DNA from: a virus | Taxonomy: Duplodnaviria > Caudoviricetes | Strand: one strand, 5' to 3' | IMG/VR virus record: IMGVR_UViG_3300033066_002255 | DNA length: 64,000 nt | Part shown: positions 38,816-49,294 of the stretch, piece after piece | Position numbering within the stretch: the stretch's first letter is position 1 | Layout of the letters: every line of letters starts with the position of its first letter | Notes under the pieces: model-generated | What the model saw: only the letters and a program-made list of their open reading frames with translations | Told to the model about the DNA's origin: nothing | Databases searched by the model: none | Made by a program: the position numbers and the translations under genes

Positions 38816-39555
38816 TTATAGTTTTCTATTTTATTAAAACTTTTTTTATTACTTAATTCAACATGTATTCCAGTTTGTAATGCTTGATTTACTCTATCAT
38901 CAGAAATAGGATTATTCCTATTATAAATATATAAAATAGTATCATTAAATATAACTTTATCTGGACCTGACATTTCTAGTATTGGAAACATGATAGCTAC
39001 ATCGTATGTCATTTTATAAAATTCCCCAGAAGAGTCTTTCATACAAGCAAAATCTGTATCTTGCTCCTGAATTTTTTGATAAATTCCTGCTCTAAATGTT
39101 CTTAAATGAGATACACGAAAGGGAGATTTTCTAATATTAGAAAATTCTTCTTTTGAATATTCAGAAGCAAACCCTCTTCTGCCATCAGTCCAATTAGCTT
39201 GTCCATACATAATCCAACAATCAGTTTTATTATATGTTTCATTTATATATGATAAAACATTTTTATTTGAAAGCCAGTCGTCTCCATCTACTAAAACAAC
39301 AATATCATCTGCATCACAATAATTCATAATTGCATTATGTAAATTTTCAAGAGCAGTTTTTCTTACCTCATTTTTTATTATAGTAACACGTGAATCATCT
39401 TTTGGTAATTTATCAAAAGATGAATCGGTAGATGCGTCATCAATAAAAATAATTTTAAAATTATCATATTTCTGTGAAACCAGGGAGGCTACACAATTTT
39501 CTAAAAAATCTCCTGGATTATAAAAAGGAGTTATAACTACTATTCTATTTTTCAT
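38812..39555 (-). CDS. GT2 glycosyltransferase
   Basis: ITPFYN, IDDASTD, DGDDW, SHLRT. Confidence 0.88.
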   Translation of the reverse strand: MKNRIVVITPFYNPGDFLENCVASLVSQKYDNFKIIFIDDASTDSSFDKLPKDDSRVTIIKNEVRKTALENLHNAIMNYCDADDIVVLVDGDDWLSNKNVLSYINETYNKTDCWIMYGQANWTDGRRGFASEYSKEEFSNIRKSPFRVSHLRTFRAGIYQKIQEQDTDFACMKDSSGEFYKMTYDVAIMFPILEMSGPDKVIFNDTILYIYNRNNPISDDRVNQALQTGIHVELSNKKSFNKIENYK

Positions 39556-39557
39556 AT

Positions 39558-40262
39558 TTAAATTTCTAAAACTATTCTATCTAAACTATTAAAATCATAT
39601 GCTTTAATAGTCTCATATCCTCCTTCTGTTACTTGTAATACATCTACAAGTACACTATTATTAAAACTTGCCATTAATTCTCTAGGGAAATATTCTAACT
39701 GCTCAAAGCAAGCTTCAAGTTCTATTATATTTGTAAATTTCCAATGTTTAAAAAGTTTATATATTTCTTTGCTACGAAATATATGACCTCCTCCTAACTC
39801 TAAAGGTCTTCCAAAATCTAAATAATGCTTAACCCAATTCCATTTAATTGCTTTATCTCCTATTTGTTCTTCATTTAGAAGTATATTGTAAACATCATTA
39901 TAATAGCAATGTTTTATATTTTTACCTAATATTAAAGAAAAACAAAAAATATCTTGGTCAGACATGATTTCGTCAAAATCTAATTCAGGAATTTCAGAAA
40001 AGAAATAATTTGTATCTTTAAAAAAAGAAACTAAACCTGAAGCAGAAGCAATCATATCCAAGAGATTTTCTTTAAAAGAATCTATTTTCTTAAAATTAAT
40101 TATTCCATATTCTAAAAAAACCTTTTGATAGTCTCCTTCGTGATTCTCATCTGAATTGTATAGTACAGAGAATTCAAAATTATTTACGTTTTTATTAGAA
40201 GCAGACTCTAAAAAATTCCTTAAATTAGTTGGCGAATTATTTGAAAATACTATTGCTTTCAT
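39558..40262 (-). CDS. Hypothetical, possibly degenerate GT-A-like protein
   Basis: Located in the GT operon; no intact DxD seen. Confidence 0.5.
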   Translation of the reverse strand: MKAIVFSNNSPTNLRNFLESASNKNVNNFEFSVLYNSDENHEGDYQKVFLEYGIINFKKIDSFKENLLDMIASASGLVSFFKDTNYFFSEIPELDFDEIMSDQDIFCFSLILGKNIKHCYYNDVYNILLNEEQIGDKAIKWNWVKHYLDFGRPLELGGGHIFRSKEIYKLFKHWKFTNIIELEACFEQLEYFPRELMASFNNSVLVDVLQVTEGGYETIKAYDFNSLDRIVLEI

Positions 40263-40567
40263 TATAACATTGAAATTATGTCTTCTTTTGTTTTTACTCC
40301 CACAAATTTTTCTGATAATTCTCCTGCTTTAAATATAAAAACAGCAGGAATACTTCTAATTCCAAATTCGCTAGATAAATCATTGTTTTCGTCAACATTA
40401 ACCTTTATGACATTAACTTCTGGATTTTCAGTTGCTACTTTATCTAAAATTGGTCCCAGGGTCTTGCAAGGACCACACCATTCAGCGTAGAAATCTACAA
40501 TTGTTGTTTTTCCTTCTTCGATTAAGCTTTTTACATTTTCGCTTGTACCTTGTATTACATTTTCCAT
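40262..40567 (-). CDS. trxA: Thioredoxin
   Basis: VDFYAEWCGPCK, IRSIP. Confidence 0.95.
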   Translation of the reverse strand: MENVIQGTSENVKSLIEEGKTTIVDFYAEWCGPCKTLGPILDKVATENPEVNVIKVNVDENNDLSSEFGIRSIPAVFIFKAGELSEKFVGVKTKEDIISML

Positions 40568-40684
40568 GTTTTTTGTTTTTTGTTGTTATTTATTATTGAT
40601 TCTGTTTTTTAGTAATAAAAAATACTCATTAAAAAGCAGAAAATCAAATTTTTTGAATATTTATTTAAAAATCATACACTAATT

Positions 40685-41059
40685 ATGTCAAACAAGAAAA
40701 TTATTAGCCCAAGTACAATCAAACAAGCTATTGTTGAAGAGGCTCTTAGAATCAAAAGAAAAAAAGAACTTTACGAGTCAGTAAAGCAAATCAATTCAGA
40801 GTTGAAGCAACTAAACGAAGTTGGGATGGTTGGAAGTTTTGGATTCGCAAATCCAAGTGATAATATCAACAAATCTAAAACTGGTTTTGTTAATGATTTT
40901 CAACACATTTCTCATGTAGCTGAATTAGCTGCTGAATTTGCAGCAGTAGACAATTCTTCATCTATAAACGAAGATGCTTTAAATGAAGTAGATAAGTTAA
41001 AAGAAGAAATAAAAAAGCTTCAAGAAGAAAATGAAGCATTGAAAAATTCAAAAAAATAA
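40685..41059 (+). CDS. Hypothetical late protein with helical tag
   Basis: IKQAIVEEA; LNE/INE sites; TATTTAT at 40658. Confidence 0.7.
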   Translation: MSNKKIISPSTIKQAIVEEALRIKRKKELYESVKQINSELKQLNEVGMVGSFGFANPSDNINKSKTGFVNDFQHISHVAELAAEFAAVDNSSSINEDALNEVDKLKEEIKKLQEENEALKNSKK

Positions 41060-41077
41060 CCATTAAAAACAAATAAT

Positions 41078-41923
41078 ATGAAAATCAAAAAGTCAGATAT
41101 AGACAAAATTATTAAAGAAGAATTCCAAAGAATGCTTCAAAAGAAACAATTAACTTCAAAATTAGCTAAAATTAATGAATCTATAGCTTCTATGGAAGCT
41201 GAAGATGCTAAACTTAATGAGGTTGAAGCAGGTGGCGAAGAAAAAGTTTCTTCACATGCTTGGACAGGAGAAGCTAATGGTGATGTAAAATATAAACCAA
41301 AATTTGAAAAAATTGGTACTCATCTTAAAGAAGATGATGAAGATGGAATGTCATCTGAAATGAACGCTGAAGTAGAAGAAAATCCAATGGGTGAATTTGA
41401 ATCTAAATTTGCTGAAATCGGAAAAGCTATTGATGCTAAATTAGCATCTGAAATGGGTGGAAGTTCTGCAGCAGCAGATGCAACTGGAACAGAAATGCCA
41501 GCTGATTCAAATGATGTAGATGATGATTTTGAAGAAGTTGAAGTTTCTGATGAAGATAATGATGGAGAAGAAAAAGAAACTGATATTGATGAATATCATG
41601 AGATAGTTGGTGGCGTTGGAGCAGAACATGGTATGACTGCTGATGATGCTATGAAACATAAAGAAGTTAAAGAAAGTGTAGAAGAACCACTTGAAGGTCA
41701 TAGTGTAGCTCAAGAAGTTGCTGCAGATGATGTAAATGATAACATGGAAAAAGATACTCATGTTAAAGAAAACAAAAACAATAAAGGTTCTTTAATTTCT
41801 GAAGTAAAATCAACTGAAAAAAATATCTTCACTGAAGGTGTTGATGCGGCTAAAAAAGCTAAGTTGATGGAAGAATTTAATAGAATGAAAAAATTTGCAG
41901 GTCTTTCTAAAGACGAAGAATAA
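41078..41923 (+). CDS. Acidic putative prohead core/internal protein
   Basis: MKIKKSDIDKIIKEE N-tag and EEFNRMKKFAGL C-tag. Confidence 0.7.
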   Translation: MKIKKSDIDKIIKEEFQRMLQKKQLTSKLAKINESIASMEAEDAKLNEVEAGGEEKVSSHAWTGEANGDVKYKPKFEKIGTHLKEDDEDGMSSEMNAEVEENPMGEFESKFAEIGKAIDAKLASEMGGSSAAADATGTEMPADSNDVDDDFEEVEVSDEDNDGEEKETDIDEYHEIVGGVGAEHGMTADDAMKHKEVKESVEEPLEGHSVAQEVAADDVNDNMEKDTHVKENKNNKGSLISEVKSTEKNIFTEGVDAAKKAKLMEEFNRMKKFAGLSKDEE

Positions 41924-41925
41924 TA

Positions 41926-42582
41926 ATGGAAATTACAAACAAAACTCAATTACTTGAATTTCTTAGACAGCAAAGCCTGAAGCTCTTAAGTGAGAATCAG
42001 GCTTTTGCCGATAAGGAAGCATTTCAGCAGTTAGAAAAAAAACTAACTGATGTAAATGAGCATTGGGTTGATGTAGATGAAAGAAATCTTGAAAGGTTAA
42101 AAAGAGAAGAGGATTCTGCTATAAAAAAAGAAGATTATGCAGACTTACAAAGAATCAAAAAAGAAAAATTTGATGTTCTTGGTAAATTAATGGTTGCTTA
42201 TAAGAAAAAAATGGACTTATATGCTCAATTAAGAGAAGCTCTTAAATCTGAAATGACAGATATGGGAACAAAAGGTTCCAATGTTTTCAAAAACAAAGAA
42301 ATTACCGAATTTAATAATGAAGAATTTGAAAAAGGTAATACTGTTAAAATTTCAACTATAGCTACAGAATTAACTGTTCAAAAAATTTCTGATAACAATC
42401 AATATAAAGTTTTAAATAGTTCTGCTCCTGGAATTACAGAGGGAGATGTTTTGGTTTTACCTAATATGAAAATAGGTAATTCAGCACCAATAACTGTTTA
42501 TAGAAAATTCGGAGAGAGATTTGAAGAAATAGGTAAGCCAACAATACAAAACATTAGACAAATAACAAAAAATCCAGCCTAA
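41926..42582 (+). CDS. Hypothetical late protein
   Basis: ORF in same operon; LLSE site. Confidence 0.7.
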   Translation: MEITNKTQLLEFLRQQSLKLLSENQAFADKEAFQQLEKKLTDVNEHWVDVDERNLERLKREEDSAIKKEDYADLQRIKKEKFDVLGKLMVAYKKKMDLYAQLREALKSEMTDMGTKGSNVFKNKEITEFNNEEFEKGNTVKISTIATELTVQKISDNNQYKVLNSSAPGITEGDVLVLPNMKIGNSAPITVYRKFGERFEEIGKPTIQNIRQITKNPA

Positions 42583-42596
42583 AGCTGGATTTTTTT
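42567..42596. terminator. Bidirectional terminator
   Basis: AAAAAATCCAGC/GCTGGATTTTTT. Confidence 0.8.
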
Positions 42597-42792
42597 ATTT
42601 TAGAAGTTCTCTTCCGTCATCTGTAATGACTTTTTGCTCTGCACGCTCAATGATATCATTTTTACCATTTCCTATTTGCTTAGGTGCCTTAGGAGCTTCA
42701 ACTTTTTTTTCAGTAGAGATTAAATCTCTTGCTGAAGTTTTTTTACCTTTATTGTTCTCATTTAAGAACTCTGTATCAATCCAAATTGCCAT
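42595..42792 (-). CDS. Small hypothetical protein
   Basis: Ends ITDDGRELLK, shared with neighbour. Confidence 0.65.
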   Translation of the reverse strand: MAIWIDTEFLNENNKGKKTSARDLISTEKKVEAPKAPKQIGNGKNDIIERAEQKVITDDGRELLK

Positions 42793-42796
42793 ACTA

Positions 42797-43000
42797 TTAT
42801 TTATTTTCGTTTAACATTTCTCTTCCATCATTGGTAAGTAATTTACCTGAATCTTTGTGCATTATTTCAGTTGTTGGCTTTTTTAAATTAGCTTGTTTAA
42901 CTGCTTCTGCATATACCTTATCTGGAGTCATAAGTTCATTTACAACTTTTTTATTAGGAGAATTTTTTCCCCCTAAATTTGGATAAAAATAATCTATCAT
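42797..43000 (-). CDS. Small hypothetical protein
   Basis: Ends LTNDGREMLNENK; late motif at 43016-43022. Confidence 0.65.
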   Translation of the reverse strand: MIDYFYPNLGGKNSPNKKVVNELMTPDKVYAEAVKQANLKKPTTEIMHKDSGKLLTNDGREMLNENK

Positions 43001-43030
43001 AATTTTTAATTTATAATAAATAGTTGAAAA

Positions 43031-43864
43031 TTAATTACCTTTTATAGTTTCTGGGAACTTTCCTTCATCTTCAAATTTTTCAAATCTATCAACAATATCA
43101 ATAAGAATTTGTTCACGAACAATATCACTTCTTTCAAATTTAAAGATAGCACATCCTTTTATTGGCTTTATAATTTCATTAAAAGTATCTACTGAAACAT
43201 ATTTTTTATTAATATCATTTTGTTTAGTATCTCCCATAAATACAATTGTACTATTTCTACCAAGACGAGTAACAATGCTCTTTAGCGCCTTAATATCAAA
43301 ATTTTGAAACTCATCTACAATAATAAATGAATTTTTAAGTGTTCTACCTCTTAAGAATTGAGCAGGCTTAAATTCTATAATTTTTTCTGACCATAAATGT
43401 TTAAAATCTTTTGGTAAAAGTATTTCATCAAAAGCATCAAAAAAAGATTCTGCATAAACAGACATTTTTTCATCTAAAGAGCCTGGTAAAGCTCCTGGGT
43501 CTTTGGTACCTGATAAAATTTCTGTTGGTTTAGAAAGAACTATTTTACTACATCCATTTGATAAAAATGATTGTATAGCTGCATAACAAGCAACAAAAGT
43601 TTTAGAAGTTCCAGGAGGGCCTGTAACAGTTATTATTTTGTTGTTTTGCATTAACTTTATAAGCTCTTTTTGCTTTTTAGTAAGCTCAAATTCTAAACTT
43701 TTTATTTTAATAAAATCTACAGCATCTTTACTTGCATTATTGTTTTTAGTGCTGATATATTCATCCACTTCATCTTGCATGTATTTAGGGATTCTTTTAT
43801 TTGTAGCTTTTCTCTTGTCATGATTTCTATTATCTTGACCTTTTGTTGACTTTTGTCTTGACAT
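43031..43864 (-). CDS. phoH: PhoH-family ATPase
   Basis: GPPGTSKT, G.LPG.L.EK, FLRGRT, IVDEFQN, TRLG, GD..Q.D, DIVR. Confidence 0.9.
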   Translation of the reverse strand: MSRQKSTKGQDNRNHDKRKATNKRIPKYMQDEVDEYISTKNNNASKDAVDFIKIKSLEFELTKKQKELIKLMQNNKIITVTGPPGTSKTFVACYAAIQSFLSNGCSKIVLSKPTEILSGTKDPGALPGSLDEKMSVYAESFFDAFDEILLPKDFKHLWSEKIIEFKPAQFLRGRTLKNSFIIVDEFQNFDIKALKSIVTRLGRNSTIVFMGDTKQNDINKKYVSVDTFNEIIKPIKGCAIFKFERSDIVREQILIDIVDRFEKFEDEGKFPETIKGN

Positions 43865-43964
43865 ATTTTGTGTGTTTAGTATATAAATAAATAAGTATTT
43901 TTTTCAGCATTATCAATAGTAAAAGGAAATTAGTAAAAAATAAGCTATTTATAATAAATAATAT

Positions 43965-45059
43965 ATGTCTGATAATATGTCTGCTAAAATAAATATAGAT
44001 GAGCTTAAAGCCATGATAGCTAATGAAATAAAAGAAATTGGCCTACATTCAGTGCTTGGTAATGATGCTATAGAAAAAGTTAAAGATAAAGTTGTAAAAA
44101 CTTATAATCATGAAAAAGCAAAAAACGATGTTCCAGAACTTATACCTGAAGCAATAGCTCCTATTCCAGGAGAAACACCTTCTTCTGGTTTAAATCAAAC
44201 TACTCCTGAAACTACTATAGATTCAACAGTTAATACTGATTCTACTAATTTAATTTCTAATAAAAATATAGATTCTGGAACAAATGGAAATATTCCAGCT
44301 TATACTCCAGAATTACCTGAATTTATGAATAACATAGAACCTGGTAAGGTGATTGTATTTAGTCAAAATGAATTAAGCGAAGGAGGAGAGAATTTAAGCA
44401 ATAAACCGCTTAGAACCTATGAAAATCCTGATTTAAGAAAATCTATGCATGATTTATGGATGGAAAATGGAAAAAGAAAAGCAGATGTATATATTGCTAA
44501 ATTAGAAAAAATAGGTACTTTAGAATTTAATTATGCAAATGGAACAACTCAATTTGTTGAAAATAGATTTGAGCCTGATTTTGAAGCACAAGCAAAATAT
44601 AAAGAGAATCCTTATATGGCAGATAATGCTGGTCCAGCAAAACCTGGTGCATTAGATATAAATGGACAGCCAAATATAATGGCACAAGGAATTTCTTCTA
44701 TAGATATGGAAAGAGTTGTTGGAGACATTGTAAAAAATATCCTTCAAAATTATTTTCTTACAAACAAAACAAGAGCTGTAAATTCAGTACTTGAAGTTTC
44801 TCCAGATGAATATAATGGATTTAATACATCTCAAGCAGTGAAACCTATGGAAGAATCATTTAATATTAAAATGATTGACCTTATTAATGATTATAATAAA
44901 ATTGATACGCCAAATAGATTAAAAGAAGCTATCGAAAAAAATGATAGAAGTCTATTAATCAAAGAAAACGAAGAAGTACAAGAGTGGGAAATAGAAGGAA
45001 ATTCTTATTTCTTACCAGTTAATAAAATTTCAACAAGAAAATGTTATATTAAAAACTAA
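43965..45059 (+). CDS. Hypothetical late protein with N-terminal tag
   Basis: INIDELKAMIANEIKE; TATTTAT at 43946. Confidence 0.7.
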   Translation: MSDNMSAKINIDELKAMIANEIKEIGLHSVLGNDAIEKVKDKVVKTYNHEKAKNDVPELIPEAIAPIPGETPSSGLNQTTPETTIDSTVNTDSTNLISNKNIDSGTNGNIPAYTPELPEFMNNIEPGKVIVFSQNELSEGGENLSNKPLRTYENPDLRKSMHDLWMENGKRKADVYIAKLEKIGTLEFNYANGTTQFVENRFEPDFEAQAKYKENPYMADNAGPAKPGALDINGQPNIMAQGISSIDMERVVGDIVKNILQNYFLTNKTRAVNSVLEVSPDEYNGFNTSQAVKPMEESFNIKMIDLINDYNKIDTPNRLKEAIEKNDRSLLIKENEEVQEWEIEGNSYFLPVNKISTRKCYIKN

Positions 45060-45102
45060 TTTATTTTTTAGCTATATATAACTATATTTAAAATAAAACA
45101 TT

Positions 45103-45372
45103 ATGTGGAAAATTACCAATACAAGCAAGACTACAGTAAAATTCGCTGCAGCTAAATCAAATACAGTAACAATTGGAATACTTTTAAAACCAGGAGAATT
45201 CTGTATATGTGATTCAAGATTAACAACATCTATTGATGCTCAAGAAAGAAGAAAATTTATAGCTGTTGATAGAAACTATGATAACACTCTTAAATTATCA
45301 TTGTGCGAAAATTATAATGTTGATGCATTGAATAATGCTATTAATGATGTAAATGAGTATAAGAAGTCTTAA
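45103..45372 (+). CDS. Small hypothetical protein
   Basis: ORF followed by terminator. Confidence 0.65.
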   Translation: MWKITNTSKTTVKFAAAKSNTVTIGILLKPGEFCICDSRLTTSIDAQERRKFIAVDRNYDNTLKLSLCENYNVDALNNAINDVNEYKKS

Positions 45373-45395
45373 AAATATTAAGAATTTTTAAAATT

Positions 45396-45420
45396 AAACC
45401 TGCTAAATGCAGGTTTTTTT
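45396..45420 (+). terminator. Intrinsic terminator
   Basis: AAACCTGC/GCAGGTTTTTTT. Confidence 0.8.
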
Positions 45421-45495
45421 ATTTTTAAGCATATAACTATTTATTATTTTAAAAAGTGAGCTTATGTTTAATAATTAAAGCTTAATTTAAAATAC

Positions 45496-46857
45496 ATGAA
45501 TACAGAAAAATCAAAAATTTTAATAGTACCCTCAGATAATCAGGGTGTAGGACATTTCCGTTCAATTTGGCCAGCTCAAGCGCTCTCAAGTTATTTCGAT
45601 GAAGAATTTGAAATAGAAATAAATTTATCTCCTAATCTTGAAAATCTTGAATATTTAAAACAGTTTAAAATAATTCATTTTCATAGACAACTTGGTCCAT
45701 ATGAAATTATGGAGCAAGTATTTCCAGCATTAAAAGAAGCAGGAGTATTATTAGTAATGGATATTGATGATTTCTGGGAACCTCCTGTAACACATCCTTT
45801 ATTTGAGGCTGTAAAAAAAGAAGAGATATCAAAAAAAATAATTAGAGCTATACAAATTTCTGATTATGTAACAACTACTACATCTATATTTGCAGAAGAA
45901 ATTGCTAAATATAATAAGAATGTAATTATTATACCTAATGCATTAGACATGAGAGATAAAATGTGGAAATCAGAAGTAACACCAAATCCTACAGATAGAT
46001 GCAGAATTGCTTGGATTGGAGGTTCTTCTCACTATTCAGATTTAAAACTTTTAGAAAATTCTATGGGTTTACTTTATAGAAATAAAGATTTAGAAGATAA
46101 ATTTCAATTAGTAATGTGCGGATTTGATACTCGTGGGTCTATTACAGAAGTAGGACAAGATGCAAATGGTAAAGAAATAAGAAATGTAAGAGCTATTGCG
46201 CCACATGAAACAATTTGGTTAAAATTTGAAGAAATATTTACAAACAAATATTCTGATTTAAAAATTAAAGATGAAGAATATCTTAAATGGCTTAATAAAA
46301 TTAAAAAAGAAGAATTTGCAGACCAATATACAAAATCATTTGTTAGAAGATGGACTTTGCCTTTAACTCAATATGGTAAACACTATGATTACTGCGATGT
46401 TTGCTTAGCTCCAATTGAAGGAATTGAAAGATATAAAGAGATTAAAAATGACAAAGGATTAATTGAGATAGTATCTGAAAATGATGTTAGACCTGGAACT
46501 GTTAAAACAAGACCACATTACTTTAATAAAGTAAAATCTGAATTAAAAATTATTGAGGCTGGTATGAAGAAAAAATGTTTAATAGCTCAAGACTTTGGTA
46601 TTTACAAGGAGTTGCTTAAAAATAATGAAACAGGTATACTTGTAAGTGACAATAAAGATGGATGGTATAAAGCTATAAGAAAAGTTATTCAAGACCCTAT
46701 TTTTAGGGAAGAAATGGCAAATAATCTTCATGAATTTGTAAAGGATAAATATAATTTAAAAGCTGTTACATCTGAAAGAGCTAAAGTTTATAGAGATTTA
46801 TTGGAAAAGCATAAAACTCAATTAGAAAATAAAACAGAAATTAAAATAGAAGCATAA
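45496..46857 (+). CDS. Glycosyltransferase, GT-B fold
   Basis: GVGHFR..WP, DIDD, IPNALD, WIGGSSH..D, FN.VKSELKIIEAG. Confidence 0.8.
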   Translation: MNTEKSKILIVPSDNQGVGHFRSIWPAQALSSYFDEEFEIEINLSPNLENLEYLKQFKIIHFHRQLGPYEIMEQVFPALKEAGVLLVMDIDDFWEPPVTHPLFEAVKKEEISKKIIRAIQISDYVTTTTSIFAEEIAKYNKNVIIIPNALDMRDKMWKSEVTPNPTDRCRIAWIGGSSHYSDLKLLENSMGLLYRNKDLEDKFQLVMCGFDTRGSITEVGQDANGKEIRNVRAIAPHETIWLKFEEIFTNKYSDLKIKDEEYLKWLNKIKKEEFADQYTKSFVRRWTLPLTQYGKHYDYCDVCLAPIEGIERYKEIKNDKGLIEIVSENDVRPGTVKTRPHYFNKVKSELKIIEAGMKKKCLIAQDFGIYKELLKNNETGILVSDNKDGWYKAIRKVIQDPIFREEMANNLHEFVKDKYNLKAVTSERAKVYRDLLEKHKTQLENKTEIKIEA

Positions 46858-46888
46858 AAAAAACCCGCAATTTAATTGCGGGTTTTTT
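46858..46888. terminator. Bidirectional terminator
   Basis: AAAAAACCCGCAATT/AATTGCGGGTTTTTT. Confidence 0.88.
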
Positions 46889-46889
46889 A

Positions 46890-49199
46890 TTAAAGTTTAA
46901 CTGTTGTTAGTTTATCTTCAATTGTAAACTTAATTTGTCTTGAGTCTAAATCAAGAGTCATTTCTTTTTGACTTCTATCTGTAAACTCTTTAAACCAAGA
47001 TTTACCAACAATAGTTAAGAATTTAGCTTTAGATATTTCAGTCATTAATTTTGACTTATGTTTTCTAAAGTTATTTGATTTTTGATATAACCAATCTTCT
47101 AACATTTTGTTTTCATCAGTACCTTTTAAAAGAGATTTGAATTGTGAGAACTCTTTAATGTAAGGAGCTACTAACTCTTCTTTTGGTGTCAATGAAACTC
47201 CTGCTGCAATTTTAGTTTCTGCAGATTCAATGTCTTTAGCAGTTACAGATGAACTTAATTTTTCAATTTTAGTTTCTAATGTATTAACAATAATTTCTTC
47301 ATTAGATTTTTCAACTGTTTTAGGAGGATTAAACCCATCAGCTTTCAAGCCTAAAGTAGCTAACCAAGCAGTAGCTTCTTCACCATAAGTATCTAAGAAA
47401 CCTTTACTTGCATTATTAAACATTTTTTTCTTCAAGTAATTGAAGTATGAATTACTTGCTTGCAATTTAACTAATTCATATTCATTTTGAAATAAATCTG
47501 TAGCAGACAATGAATTAACCATTTTTCTGTTTATAACAGGAATATGAGCAAAATTAAGTACAAAAATTTTATTTGCTTCATATTTTTCTCCTTTTAATAA
47601 ACCATTAGATTGTAACTTTTTAAAAGTTGATTCTCCTAAAGATACAGGTAAATTATAAGAATGAACAATACCATCTTTAATAATAGTATAATTTCTATAA
47701 ATGAAAGTATCAAATTTATTTGGAATATTAAATTTGTTATCAGGAATAGTTACAAAACCATCATATTTTACAAGAACTGATAAATTTGCTCTTTTTTCAT
47801 TCCAAGTTAAATTTGTAATAGAAGATGGCTGTAAAGAATTGCTGTAATTGAATTCAAGGTCTGGAATTTGTTTATCTTTAACTTCTTCTAAAGTAGCTTG
47901 TAAATCAGCAAGTTTATTTTCTTTTAATAAATTTTCTAATTTAGCCTTATCTTCATCAGAAATTTTTCCAGCTTTAGAAACAGTCTTAGAACCGATTCTC
48001 TTATACGCAAAAGCTTCGTGTTGAGGGTACCAGTTATTTTCCTCTTCCATCATAAGGTCGCTAATCATGTCAAGTACACAATATGCATCTTCTGCTGGCT
48101 CTAATGTTGGGTCATAACCTTCTACTAATCTTGAGTCACCATCATTGATAGCATCAACGAATTTTTGCTCTAATTCTGTAATTTTTTGTGTACCGAATGT
48201 ATTTGCTTTAATTTTAATCAAAGAAGCATCTCCAGTAGCTTTTAATACTTCTGAAACCATATTAAAATCACTCTTACGACTGAATGCGAACATCGCAGCA
48301 TAAGCACCTTTTAAAAACTCATCGTTTTTAAATTGACCATTAGTATAAATTTTTTCGAAATATTCAGGCCCTCCTAATAATGTTCCAGTAGGAGCTTTTT
48401 TAGTAAAATAAAAAACGTTAGTTTCTCCATCAACACTAAGTAAAACTTCATTTTTTTCATTTGGAGTATACATGATAACATCACCATCGACAACATTAAA
48501 TACAACTCCAAATTCAGGAGTTTCATCTAACTGAACATATTTTCTTTTACTTTTATTTTCATTTGAAAATTGTTTTGTCATGTATGGTTCATAATCTTGG
48601 AAGTTTTGACTAACTGTATGAATACCACCCAACGTTTGAGCCATTTGACTCATTAATTCTCTATTGCAATACCAACCATATTCTACAATAGTTGCAGCAT
48701 TTAATGATTCTTTAATTTTTTCTACTGCATTAATAATATCTTTTTGAGGCCAAGAATTATCGCATCCATCAGTCAAGAAAAATAAAGAGTGTAGATATCC
48801 ACTTTTAGATTTTGAAACTCTCTCAACTACATTTTTAACTTCTTCTAAAGGTTGTTTAAAAGCTGTTAAACCTTGAGGTCTTAAATATTTATCTACTGTT
48901 TCTTTTAGCTTTTGAAGACTTACTGGACCATTAATTTTATAGTCTTCAATAACAACCCCAAATTCATTTTTACCTGAAAACCACAAAATTGTAGTAGAAT
49001 CATTAGGTTTTAAAATAGTTGAGATTTTGTTGTGTAAATCTGTTCTAATTCTGGATAATTCTCCAGACATAGACCCAGAACAATCAATTACGAAAATGTG
49101 ATGAGTATTAACTTCTACCACTTTTTCTTTTTGAGCTTCAGGTTTAATCACTTGATTAGTGAAAAATAAGCTCTTGTTTAACTTTAAGTACTTAATCAT
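46890..49199 (-). CDS. Large vWA-domain protein
   Basis: IDCSGSM, GLTAF, FLTDG MIDAS motifs. Confidence 0.85.
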   Translation of the reverse strand: MIKYLKLNKSLFFTNQVIKPEAQKEKVVEVNTHHIFVIDCSGSMSGELSRIRTDLHNKISTILKPNDSTTILWFSGKNEFGVVIEDYKINGPVSLQKLKETVDKYLRPQGLTAFKQPLEEVKNVVERVSKSKSGYLHSLFFLTDGCDNSWPQKDIINAVEKIKESLNAATIVEYGWYCNRELMSQMAQTLGGIHTVSQNFQDYEPYMTKQFSNENKSKRKYVQLDETPEFGVVFNVVDGDVIMYTPNEKNEVLLSVDGETNVFYFTKKAPTGTLLGGPEYFEKIYTNGQFKNDEFLKGAYAAMFAFSRKSDFNMVSEVLKATGDASLIKIKANTFGTQKITELEQKFVDAINDGDSRLVEGYDPTLEPAEDAYCVLDMISDLMMEEENNWYPQHEAFAYKRIGSKTVSKAGKISDEDKAKLENLLKENKLADLQATLEEVKDKQIPDLEFNYSNSLQPSSITNLTWNEKRANLSVLVKYDGFVTIPDNKFNIPNKFDTFIYRNYTIIKDGIVHSYNLPVSLGESTFKKLQSNGLLKGEKYEANKIFVLNFAHIPVINRKMVNSLSATDLFQNEYELVKLQASNSYFNYLKKKMFNNASKGFLDTYGEEATAWLATLGLKADGFNPPKTVEKSNEEIIVNTLETKIEKLSSSVTAKDIESAETKIAAGVSLTPKEELVAPYIKEFSQFKSLLKGTDENKMLEDWLYQKSNNFRKHKSKLMTEISKAKFLTIVGKSWFKEFTDRSQKEMTLDLDSRQIKFTIEDKLTTVKL

Positions 49200-49228
49200 A
49201 ATTTAAATTTAATTTATATTTTAGAAAT

Positions 49229-49259
49229 CAAATATAACAAAAAAAACTTTGAAAACAAA
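49229..49259 (-). promoter_or_regulatory. Bacteroidota primary-sigma promoter
   Basis: TTTG-N19-TATATTTG upstream of the vWA gene. Confidence 0.8.
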
Positions 49260-49294
49260 AAAAAATTTTGGATATTTATTATAAAATATTCGCA

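Noticed and set aside
27568-40567. Bacterial O-antigen locus or chimeric assembly
   Set aside because: Same composition and gene packing as the flanks, phage-type endonuclease and late motifs inside it, and no wzx/wzy or other chromosomal context
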